DNA of 32,000 nucleotides from Opitutia bacterium KCR 482 (GTDB taxonomy: Bacteria > Verrucomicrobiota > Verrucomicrobiia > Opitutales > Intestinicryptomonadaceae): the NCBI GenBank assembly GCA_029269845.2, contig CP149973.1, positions 1,230,001 to 1,262,000 of the forward strand, read 5' to 3'. The translations under genes and the position numbers were made by a program. This document shows, piece by piece, positions 8,077 through 15,535 of this stretch. Under the pieces are notes generated by a model. It worked only from the letters and a program-made list of their open reading frames with translations, was not told the DNA's origin and ran no database searches. Within the stretch, counting starts at the first letter, position 1, and every line of letters starts with the position of its first letter.

Positions 8077-9633
8077 CTATTTTGAAAACGGATACGCGGG
8101 AAGACCCGCGTCGTCGAAAAGCGATACGTCGGGCTTTGCCCAGTTTTTGTAGAGATAGCGAACGCCGTCGATTTTCGCGGATTTATCCGCCGCCGACACG
8201 ACGACCGAGTTCCCGCGCAGTTTCGCCCCGGCGGGAAGCCACTTGCCGCCCGACCTCACTTCGAAGCCCCTCAAATTTCCGCGCGCGACAAGCCTGCCCT
8301 CCGTTTTGAAATCGACCGTCGCCGAATTGCCGTCGAAGCGGACGCCCTTTACCGAGGGCGCGGCGGAGCGCACGCCCGAAACGCGGTAGACTTTCGCCAG
8401 CGCAAGCGCGGCGGAGCGTTCGCCGACGGCGAGTTTGTCTTTGGGGTGGATGTCGTCGGCGTCGCCCGTGTCGATTGTAGCCGCCATAAACATGTTCGAA
8501 AGCTTGTCGGCGACAGCCTGCTGGCCCAAGCGCACTTCGCTCCAATTTTTGCCGTTGAACGACGGCAGCTGGACGAACACGAAGGGCATGTCGGGCTTGC
8601 CGAGCTCCCTGCGCCACACCTTCACAAAGCCACCGAAAAGCTCCCCGAACTTCGCGCCGGCGGCGGAGTCGGACTCGCCCTGATACCAGAAGATTCCGCG
8701 GGCGGTAAATTTTTTAATCGGGCTGATTCTTATATTATAGAGCATGCACGGGGTCGCCCACTTGTCGGGAGAGTCGCTCCACGGGCGCAGATTTTCGGAA
8801 ACCGTCCACGCTTCGGGCGGGCGTTTGCCCTCTTTTTTGGCCTTTTCAACGCGGGCGGGATATGTGCGGACGTCGTCCTCGAATTTCGCGACGGCCGCCT
8901 TGGAGTCGTATCTTTTAAGCCGCGCCTCGAACGCCGCCTTTTCGCCCGCGAAGTCGGGGTTGTTTTCGAAATCGCCGCGCGGAATCCAGGATACCATGCG
9001 CGTTCCGGGGATTGCCGTGTAGACTATGCCGACGGGAATGTTGAGTTTTTTTGCGATGTCGCGGGCAAAGATGTAGGGAACGGCGGCGAACGAGTATTCG
9101 GCGTTTTTGGGCGAGCACACAAGCCAACCGGAGCCTTTCACGGTGTCGGGTTCGGGATTTTTCCCGATGCCGTCCATGCTCCGCATTTGCGGAGTTCCGC
9201 CCTGATTGAAATAGCGAATGAGCGCGTTGTTTGCGTTTGCGATAATCTCCTTCGCGCCCGCCATGCCTTTGAGCGAAAACGCCATGTTGCTCTGCCCGCC
9301 GACAATCCAGACCTCGCCGACAAGCACGTCGGAAAAGTTCTTTTTGGGCACTCCGTTTTCGGAAACAATCATGTTTCGGCACTCCTGCGAAGCCTCCATC
9401 GGCGGAAGTTTCAGGCTCCAGCCTCCGTCCGCGCCAGCCGTCGCCGACGTTTTCGCGCCCGCGAACGACACCTCTATTTTCGCGTTCGGCGCGGACGTTC
9501 CCCAAACGTTGACTGGTTCGCCGCGCTGGAGCACCATGCCGTTCGAGAATATGCGCGGCATTTTGACGTCGGCGCAAAGCGAAACGGCGAACGCAAAAAA
9601 GGAAACTGTCGCAAATGCAAATGTTTTTTTCAT
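8077..9633 (-). CDS. Sialate O-acetylesterase family protein (SASA/DUF303), paralog 3 (most divergent)
   Basis: 518 aa with a signal peptide (MKKTFAFATVSFFAFAVSLCA). 'KMPRIFSNGMVLQRGEPVNVWG', 'VLVGEVWIVGGQSNM', 'GIFWYQGESD', 'IHPKDKLAVGERSA'. Confidence 0.85.
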   Translation of the reverse strand: MKKTFAFATVSFFAFAVSLCADVKMPRIFSNGMVLQRGEPVNVWGTSAPNAKIEVSFAGAKTSATAGADGGWSLKLPPMEASQECRNMIVSENGVPKKNFSDVLVGEVWIVGGQSNMAFSLKGMAGAKEIIANANNALIRYFNQGGTPQMRSMDGIGKNPEPDTVKGSGWLVCSPKNAEYSFAAVPYIFARDIAKKLNIPVGIVYTAIPGTRMVSWIPRGDFENNPDFAGEKAAFEARLKRYDSKAAVAKFEDDVRTYPARVEKAKKEGKRPPEAWTVSENLRPWSDSPDKWATPCMLYNIRISPIKKFTARGIFWYQGESDSAAGAKFGELFGGFVKVWRRELGKPDMPFVFVQLPSFNGKNWSEVRLGQQAVADKLSNMFMAATIDTGDADDIHPKDKLAVGERSAALALAKVYRVSGVRSAAPSVKGVRFDGNSATVDFKTEGRLVARGNLRGFEVRSGGKWLPAGAKLRGNSVVVSAADKSAKIDGVRYLYKNWAKPDVSLFDDAGLPAYPFSK

Positions 9634-9706
9634 AGGTCAATCCCCCGCGGAGGGCAAAGCAAGGAAACATGAAGAATCCGACAAATCCCCCCGAAAAGTC
9701 GAAAAT

Positions 9707-9734
9707 ACATTAAAACGGCGGCGCGGCTTGTCAA
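9707..9734 (-). promoter_or_regulatory. Candidate promoter of the three-esterase operon
   Basis: Minus strand: TTGACA (9734..9729), 16 nt, TAATGT (9712..9707), about 75 nt upstream of ATG 9633. The -10 is only moderate. Confidence 0.35.
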
Positions 9735-9783
9735 TCACTCTTTTGGCTTGAAAACGCGCGGTTTCGTCCGAAAATACCAAGTG

Positions 9784-10053
9784 ATGATGATAGACGAAAA
9801 CAGGGTTATCGCGAAGTCGAAGACCTACACAAAAGGCTTCAAGGGAATGGCGCCGACGTTCAAGCGCGGACGCGGCGGACTGCTGTTTGCGGCAATCGGC
9901 ACGGCGATTGTCGCGGCGTTCCTCTTCGGGCTGGGCGCGCTTGTCTACACCCTGATTACCGAGGGCGGAACGGCTGTCGAAAACATACGCAACAGCGAAG
10001 ACGGCATTCCGCAGTATTTCGAAATCACCTACAAACCCAAGCAGGCGAAATGA
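9784..10053 (+). CDS. Small hypothetical membrane protein (single TM 'GLLFAAIGTAIVAAFLFGLGALVYTLI')
   Basis: Its stop overlaps the tlyA start (ATGA at 10050..10053), which suggests translational coupling. The start is uncertain: the track uses TTG 9748, and I prefer ATG 9784, with ATG 9847 also possible. No recognisable family. Confidence 0.45.
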   Translation: MMIDENRVIAKSKTYTKGFKGMAPTFKRGRGGLLFAAIGTAIVAAFLFGLGALVYTLITEGGTAVENIRNSEDGIPQYFEITYKPKQAK

Positions 10054-10802
10054 CACGCGCCGACGAACTCGCCGCCGCCCGCGGGCTTGCCGAAAGCCGC
10101 TCGAAAGCCCGCGCTCTCATAGAGGAGGGCAAGCTTCTCTGCGGCGGAAAGCCCGTAGACAAACCCTCGCGCAAACTCCCAGACGACGCCGAGCTTTCGG
10201 TTGTGACGGACGCCCAGACTCTGAAATTCGTCTCCCGCGCGGGGCTTAAATTGGAGGGCTTTCTCGACGCGTTCGGAATGGACCTGCGCGGTGCGGAAAT
10301 TCTCGACGCGGGCGCGTCTACCGGCGGATTTACGGACTGCGCGTTGTCGCGCGGCGCGGCGTGCTCGTACTGCGTGGACGTCGGCGCGGGACAGCTGCAC
10401 CCAAAACTGCTCGCCGACCCCCGCGTGCGCAATTTCGAAAAAACCGACATTCGCGACGTGTCCCCCGAATTTTTCGACGGCAAACTCTTCGACTTCGTTT
10501 GCGCCGACCTCTCGTTCATTTCGCTCGAAAAGGTTTTCGACAGGCTCTGGAATGTCCTCAAACCGTCTGGAACTGCCGTATGCCTCGTGAAGCCGCAGTT
10601 CGAAACGTCGCCGTCGGTAATGCGCAAAAACAGGGGCGTTCTGCGCGACGGCGGCCTCAGGAAACAGGCTCTCGAAAAAATCAAAAAGCACGTTTCCGAC
10701 AATTTCCCCGACGCCGAATTCGTCGGCGAGTGCGAGTCCAAAATCAAAGGCGGAGACGGCAATCTTGAATATCTTATAGGCTTCGAAAAAAAGCGGGCTT
10801 AG
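10050..10802 (+). CDS. tlyA: TlyA-family rRNA (cytidine-2'-O)-methyltransferase
   Basis: 250 aa. N-terminal S4-like 'RADELAAARGLAESRSKARALIEEGKLL', SAM-binding 'ILDAGASTGGFTDCAL', 'CADLSFISLEKV', C-terminal 'GNLEYL'. Confidence 0.9.
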   Translation: MTRADELAAARGLAESRSKARALIEEGKLLCGGKPVDKPSRKLPDDAELSVVTDAQTLKFVSRAGLKLEGFLDAFGMDLRGAEILDAGASTGGFTDCALSRGAACSYCVDVGAGQLHPKLLADPRVRNFEKTDIRDVSPEFFDGKLFDFVCADLSFISLEKVFDRLWNVLKPSGTAVCLVKPQFETSPSVMRKNRGVLRDGGLRKQALEKIKKHVSDNFPDAEFVGECESKIKGGDGNLEYLIGFEKKRA

Positions 10803-10807
10803 TCGGC

Positions 10808-10853
10808 TTATCCTTTCGCGTTTTCCGCCGACATCATGCGGACGAAAGGATAA
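10808..10853 (+). promoter_or_regulatory. Hairpin that would sequester the Shine-Dalgarno of the downstream lipoprotein gene
   Basis: Perfect 11-bp outer stem, TTATCCTTTCG (10808..10818) with CGAAAGGATAA (10843..10853), plus an inner 5-bp stem, TCCGC (10824..10828) with GCGGA (10838..10842). The 3' arm contains AAGGA, 5 nt before ATG 10856. No T-run follows. Confidence 0.35.
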
Positions 10854-10855
10854 AC

Positions 10856-11110
10856 ATGAAAAAAATCATAACGTTATTGTGCGCGGCATTCTTCGCCTGC
10901 GCGGCGTTCGCGGCATGCGGCGGGGAATCGTGCGCGGCAAAAACCGCGCAACAAACCCAGCAGTGCGGACAGAAAGACTGCGCGGGCGCGGCGAAGCAAA
11001 AGCAGAAAAAGCCCGAATGCAACGCGCAAAGCTGCGACAAACTGTCGAAAAACAAACACAACAGACAGGGCGGAAAGCTCAAAAACGTCGAGCGCGACAC
11101 CCTCCATTAA
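10856..11110 (+). CDS. Small Cys-rich, Lys-rich putative lipoprotein
   Basis: 84 aa. Signal peptide plus lipobox-like 'AAFAA|C'. The mature part carries three C-x4-C units (CGGESC, CGQKDC, CNAQSC). An SD-like AAGGA lies upstream. No family recognised. Confidence 0.55.
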   Translation: MKKIITLLCAAFFACAAFAACGGESCAAKTAQQTQQCGQKDCAGAAKQKQKKPECNAQSCDKLSKNKHNRQGGKLKNVERDTLH

Positions 11111-11126
11111 TCGGGAGCCGTCCGAC

Positions 11127-11166
11127 AAAAAAAGAAGCGGCGGGATTCGCAAATAAATCCCGCCGC
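11127..11166 (-). terminator. Rho-independent terminator of the FadL-family gene (between convergent genes)
   Basis: Perfect 10-bp stem, GCGGCGGGAT (11137..11146) with ATCCCGCCGC (11157..11166). On the minus strand it is followed by TTC plus 7 T (plus-strand A-run 11127..11133). Confidence 0.7.
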
Positions 11167-11190
11167 GATAGCATTTATACAAGATTTAGA

Positions 11191-12420
11191 TTAGAACAAA
11201 AAGCTCAGCTGCGCCGAAATGACGTGAATGTGCCCGTAGTAGTGCGCCGAGTCTCCCGCCGAACCGCCGTACTGCGAGGGCGCGATTTCGCTGTTGCCGA
11301 TTGTCATGATGTACACATACGCCATGTCGAGCTTGATGTTTTCGGCAAGGTCGTATCCGAAGCCCGTCGAGAACCAAATGCGGTCGGAACAGGGAATGCG
11401 TACGGTTCGGTACTGCGCGCCCTTTACGGGGCTTTCGTCGTAGCAGACGCCGAAGCGCAGGGTCAAATCCTCGATTTCTTCGGGATAGTAGTGCAAGCCG
11501 ACAGACACGCGCGAGGTGTCCTTCCAGTTTTCCGCCGTGTGCGAAATCAGCGAAGAGCCCTGATAAATGTCCAGATTTTCGAAGCACGACCACGCCGTGT
11601 ACGAGTAGTCCGCCATGACTGCGAAGTTTTCCAAGTCGCCGAAAAGACGCTGGTAGACGCCCACCGTGAAAGTCTGCGGAAGCGAGACCGACGCCGTGAT
11701 GTCGCCGCGGTCTACGTCCATGAGCCTGAACGTGCCGTCTACGTCCTGACAAACTTCGCTGCGCCACTGGAAGCCGAAGCGTCCGCCCTCGGCGTATTCC
11801 ACAGTAAAGCCGATGTTGCCGCCAACGCCCCAGCCGCTTGCGTTGAGCGCGATTGCCTCTCCGAACGGAACCGCGGCAATGCCCTGCGTCAATTTGCAGT
11901 AGGCGTACTGCGCGCTGACGCCGCCGCCGATTGTGAGCCAGTCGTTGACTTTGTACGCAACGCTGGGGTTGATGTCGATAGTCAGCATGTAGCTGTGCAC
12001 GCCGTGCTGCCTGCCAATCCAGTTGGAGTCGTACTGGGATTCAAGGCCGAAAGGCGCGGTTACCGAAATCGAGCCGAAAAGCTCCTCGGTGAATTTGTGA
12101 ACCGTAAAAATGTTCGGCACGAACGAATTGCGCGCGCAGTCATAGTTCTTGCCGTCCTTCGACATTCCGAGCGTCGGCAGAACCGCCGAAAGCCCCGTGG
12201 AGACCATCGTCTGCCCGACTTCCATGTCGATAAACGAAACCGCGGCGGGGTTGAGATACGCCGCGGAGGCGTCGTTGCTGGCGTTTACGGTAGCTCCCGC
12301 CATCGACGTTCCCATGTTCGACGCGCCCTGCTCGAGCACCTGAAAGCCCGCGCCGAACGCCGTTGTAGCGGCTAAAACCGAAGCCGCGAATATTGCCTTT
12401 TTCATGTCCTTAATTTTCAT
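11191..12420 (-). CDS. Outer-membrane transport protein, OmpP1/FadL/TodX family (hydrophobic-compound channel)
   Basis: Signal peptide 'MKKAIFAASVLAATTAFGAGF', then 'QVLEQGASNMGTSMAGATV...ASAAYLNPAA', typical of FadL N-termini. Beta-strand-rich with a C-terminal Phe. The start is placed at ATG 12420 (ATG 12405 is also possible). ATG 12483 from the track lies inside the operator/promoter. Confidence 0.85.
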   Translation of the reverse strand: MKIKDMKKAIFAASVLAATTAFGAGFQVLEQGASNMGTSMAGATVNASNDASAAYLNPAAVSFIDMEVGQTMVSTGLSAVLPTLGMSKDGKNYDCARNSFVPNIFTVHKFTEELFGSISVTAPFGLESQYDSNWIGRQHGVHSYMLTIDINPSVAYKVNDWLTIGGGVSAQYAYCKLTQGIAAVPFGEAIALNASGWGVGGNIGFTVEYAEGGRFGFQWRSEVCQDVDGTFRLMDVDRGDITASVSLPQTFTVGVYQRLFGDLENFAVMADYSYTAWSCFENLDIYQGSSLISHTAENWKDTSRVSVGLHYYPEEIEDLTLRFGVCYDESPVKGAQYRTVRIPCSDRIWFSTGFGYDLAENIKLDMAYVYIMTIGNSEIAPSQYGGSAGDSAHYYGHIHVISAQLSFLF

Positions 12421-12429
12421 TGTACGCGC

Positions 12430-12484
12430 AGGATACACTGAACAATCGTTCAGTGTCAAGAAAAATACTGAATGAACGTTCATT
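12430..12484 (-). promoter_or_regulatory. FadL-gene promoter overlapped by two palindromic operator candidates (likely TetR sites)
   Basis: Minus strand: TTGACA (12459..12454), 18 nt, TATCCT (12435..12430). A perfect 9-4-9 palindrome ACACTGAAC-AATC-GTTCAGTGT (12435..12456) covers the -35, spacer and -10. A second perfect 14-bp palindrome AATGAACGTTCATT (12471..12484) sits just upstream and shares the TGAAC/GTTCA core. Confidence 0.55.
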
Positions 12485-12779
12485 TAGCCGCGCGGCGTGC
12501 AAAACGGCGGGAAAAGATTTCCAAGAGCAACCCCGCAAAAGCAAAAGCCGCAAAACGTCGGACTGCGGCGGAAGAAGCGGCATACTTTGCGCGGATTAAT
12601 CCCGCCTGAGTCGCAGTCGATACGGCGAAAAAGAGGCTTTGAGCTTAATTTTCGTTGCGCATCTGCGCCGCGCACAAGCGTCGGAAGCGCGGAAATTAAT
12701 ATTGCGCCCGCCATTAAAAGATACCGAGCGGCGCATGCGCAAATTTCCGACGCTGCGCAAAGCGCGGGAGAGGGCCGCC

Positions 12780-13451
12780 CTACCGCGAAGACGCGCCGGC
12801 TTGGGTTCGCCTCGGCTTTGCGGCGGTTGCGCGGCGCGGTTTTGACGCCGCAGTTTGCGGAGCATGCCGCCCGCGCGAATCGGAGTCCGACTCTTTCACA
12901 AGGTCGTAGAACCGCAACAAATCCTCCGCTATGCGGCGGCGCACATAGTCGTCGCCCGAAGTTTCGGTAATATAGGTAGTGCGTCCGAGAATCGAAAGGA
13001 TTGTCGCCCCCACGAAATTTGTGGGCAGCTGTTTTATTTCGCCGCGCTTTTTTGCGTTGTCTATCACGCGAACCGCCTTTGCGAACTCTCCCAACGCGTA
13101 CTTTTTAAAGCGCGGCTCGCGCATGATTACGGCGGAATAAAGCGTGTTGTATTTGAGAATGTCGAAGCGCGTCCGCCCGCAACAGGCTATGTTTTTATGC
13201 ACGTCTATGACGTGCAAAATGAAGTCGCGAAACGAGATTTCGTCCAAGTCGATGGTGGTGAGGTAGCCGTCGAAAAAGTACTGGGTGCACGCCGCCAAGA
13301 TGAGGTCGGACTTGTTTTTGAAATAGCAGTAGAGAAGCCCGCGCGACATGCCAAGCTCCTTTTGAATGTCGCTTACGGATACGGAATCGTAGCCCTTGCG
13401 AATGAGGAGCATGAAGGTTTTTTCGAGGATTTTTTCGCGCGTGTCTTTCAC
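12780..13451 (-). CDS. TetR/AcrR-family transcriptional regulator
   Basis: 223 aa with a GTG start. N-terminal HTH 'REKILEKTFMLLIRKGYDSVSVSDIQKELGMSRGLLYCYFKNKSDLI'. It has an unusual ~35-aa basic low-complexity C-terminal tail. Confidence 0.88.
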   Translation of the reverse strand: MKDTREKILEKTFMLLIRKGYDSVSVSDIQKELGMSRGLLYCYFKNKSDLILAACTQYFFDGYLTTIDLDEISFRDFILHVIDVHKNIACCGRTRFDILKYNTLYSAVIMREPRFKKYALGEFAKAVRVIDNAKKRGEIKQLPTNFVGATILSILGRTTYITETSGDDYVRRRIAEDLLRFYDLVKESDSDSRGRHAPQTAASKPRRATAAKPRRTQAGASSR

Positions 13452-13520
13452 AACAAACAGAGACTGCCAAATATCGGGCGGAAATCAAGCCGAAAGGCGG
13501 AACGCCGCGCGGCGCAAAAT

Positions 13521-14027
13521 TCAGACGCGGCGGACGCCGTAAAAAACCGCGCCGAGAAGCGTGGCAAAACGCGGCTTGCGCGAATCCGCGCCCCACTCTA
13601 TGCCGACGCCGAAAATTTCGCGCGAGATTTTCGAAACGTCGAAGCCGACCGCCTCCAACGAAGTCCGCATTTTGTCGGGGTGCAGGCACGCCCTGCCCGA
13701 CGCGCGGGCGCATATTCCGCAAAGAATGCAGCTGCCCGCGTACATGCCCAAGCCGCCGAGCGCGGACTCCGCCGCGAGAATTTCGGCGTCGAAGCCCGCG
13801 CGTTCCGCGTCGTAGGCGTCGGCTATCGCCCCCGACGCCGCGACGCGCCGCAACAACAGCCGAACCGTCGGAAATTTCCGGTATCCGCACGGCGTTTCGA
13901 ACGGCGGGCACGACCATTTTGCGCCGTAGTTCGGACAGCTTTTGCAAAGCTCCGACGACACGCTTTCGTCGAAAAACCGCGAGAGCAGTTCGGAAGTCGA
14001 AACGTCCTTTGCAAAAGATTCCGCCAT
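13521..14027 (-). CDS. DUF2284-like predicted metal-binding (Cys-cluster) protein
   Basis: 168 aa. Cys motifs 'CKSCPNYGAKWSCPPF' and 'GSCILCGICARASGRAC'. Its start codon shares one nucleotide with the stop of the upstream symporter (TAATG at 14029..14025). The family assignment is from memory of the motif, not from a search. Confidence 0.6.
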   Translation of the reverse strand: MAESFAKDVSTSELLSRFFDESVSSELCKSCPNYGAKWSCPPFETPCGYRKFPTVRLLLRRVAASGAIADAYDAERAGFDAEILAAESALGGLGMYAGSCILCGICARASGRACLHPDKMRTSLEAVGFDVSKISREIFGVGIEWGADSRKPRFATLLGAVFYGVRRV

Positions 14028-15532
14028 TATCTTTTTCTGAACAGCCAGAGCGCGAATGCCGTAAGCGCGCCGTTTAAGATGAGGAGCGAGAAGCCCAAGT
14101 CGAAGCCGAAGAGCGCGGAGGTTGTCCAGTTGACGGCGAAGCAGAGCGCGGGGGAGGCAACCGCGATGTACGGCGCGGCGCGGTCGATTACGTCGTACTT
14201 TGTGAACATGCCGAAAAAGAACATGCCCAAGAGCGGCCCGTAGGTGTAGGCGACGAGCTTGTAGACCAAGTTCACGACGGCGTCGTTGCTTATTATGTAG
14301 AGCGCGACGATTATCGCGAAAAACAGCACCGCGAACGCCGCGTGCACGGAATTGCGCAGGAAGACCCTGCGTTTTTCGGAGAGGTCGGAGCGCGTTTCGA
14401 ATTTGAGGAAGTCTACGCAGAACGAAGTCGTAAGCGCGGTAAGCGCGTTCGCCGCGCTCGGATACGACGCCGACACAAGCCCCACCAGAAACAGCGTTCC
14501 GCCGAAAAGCCCCATTTGGCGGCTCGCGACGGCGGGGAAAATTTCGTCGGTTTTTTCAAGCCCCAAGCCCGCCATGCCGCCGATTTTATCCACATAAATG
14601 CAAAGCAGCGCGCCCAAAAGCAGAAAGAAATAATTGACCGCAAGCTGAATCGCGCCGAGCGAATAGAAGTTTTTTTGCGCCGATTTGATGTCGGCGCACG
14701 AAAGCGATTTCTGCATCATCGACTGGTCCAAGCCCATCATCGCGACGGTTACAAACACGCCCGCCACAAGCTGCTTGAAAACGTTTGTAGCGGAGTCCCA
14801 GCGCATGTCGAACATGTCGCAAAAGCGCGTCCCCGCAACGTTGGGGTTGTCCGCCCCGGCGACCGCCGACGCCGTTTCCGAGAAATTCCAGCCCATGTTT
14901 TTGCACACGAAAAAAATCGTGAAGGCGACCGCAGCAATCATGAAAGTTGTCTGCAAAACGTCGGTCCAGATGACGGTTTTTACGCCGCCCCTGTAAGTGT
15001 ACAAATAGAGCACCGCAAGAAACACGAACGCCACGAACGCGAACAAAAGAATGTCGGCGGACGAGTGCAACACCCAAGACTCCGACTTCGGCACGAAAGT
15101 GTAGAGCACGAGGATTACAACGAAAATTCTCACCGCCGCCCCAAGCACGCGCGAGACCATGAACACCGAAGTTCCCGTTTCGTGCGAAATCCGCCCGAAG
15201 CGTTTGCCCAAATACGCGTAAATCGACGTAATGTTCATGCGGAAATAGAGCGGCAACAGCAGCTTTGCTATCACGATATACCCCACAACAAAGCCGAACA
15301 CGAGCGGCATGTAGTAAAAGTTCTGACGCATGACATTCCCGGGGACGGACACGAAAGTGACGCCCGAAATCGCCGTGCCAACCATGCCGTAGGCTACGAC
15401 CGCCCACGGGGCTTTTTTGTCCCGCCCGAAAAACGAGTTCGCCGAACCGCCGCGCGAAGTCAGATGCGACACTCCGAACATAGCGGCTGTATAGACGCCG
15501 AGAACCAAAAGCAAAAGCCAAAGCGGATACAT
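14027..15532 (-). CDS. Sodium:solute symporter family (SSF) transporter
   Basis: 501 aa, polytopic. N-terminal 'FFGRDKKAPWAVVAYGMVGTAISGVTFVSVPG' is typical of the SSF family. Its start lies 3 nt after the murQ stop. Confidence 0.88.
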   Translation of the reverse strand: MYPLWLLLLVLGVYTAAMFGVSHLTSRGGSANSFFGRDKKAPWAVVAYGMVGTAISGVTFVSVPGNVMRQNFYYMPLVFGFVVGYIVIAKLLLPLYFRMNITSIYAYLGKRFGRISHETGTSVFMVSRVLGAAVRIFVVILVLYTFVPKSESWVLHSSADILLFAFVAFVFLAVLYLYTYRGGVKTVIWTDVLQTTFMIAAVAFTIFFVCKNMGWNFSETASAVAGADNPNVAGTRFCDMFDMRWDSATNVFKQLVAGVFVTVAMMGLDQSMMQKSLSCADIKSAQKNFYSLGAIQLAVNYFFLLLGALLCIYVDKIGGMAGLGLEKTDEIFPAVASRQMGLFGGTLFLVGLVSASYPSAANALTALTTSFCVDFLKFETRSDLSEKRRVFLRNSVHAAFAVLFFAIIVALYIISNDAVVNLVYKLVAYTYGPLLGMFFFGMFTKYDVIDRAAPYIAVASPALCFAVNWTTSALFGFDLGFSLLILNGALTAFALWLFRKR

Positions 15533-15535
15533 AAA

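Noticed and set aside
9666-9710. 14-codon mini-ORF (MKNPTNPPEKSKIH) with an AAGGA SD in the divergent region upstream of the tlyA unit
   Set aside because: It is very short with no supporting structure or context. It lies on the opposite strand of the esterase-operon 5' UTR, so it is most likely chance.
10879-12375. 498-aa plus-strand ORF covering the FadL-family gene
   Set aside because: Antisense to a gene with a clear signal peptide and family motifs. The product is Arg-rich with no recognisable domain.
12421-12483. Track start ATG 12483 for the FadL-family gene
   Set aside because: It would add 21 non-signal residues and places the start codon inside the operator palindrome and upstream of the -35 box. 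ATG 12420 (or 12405) gives a normal signal peptide.
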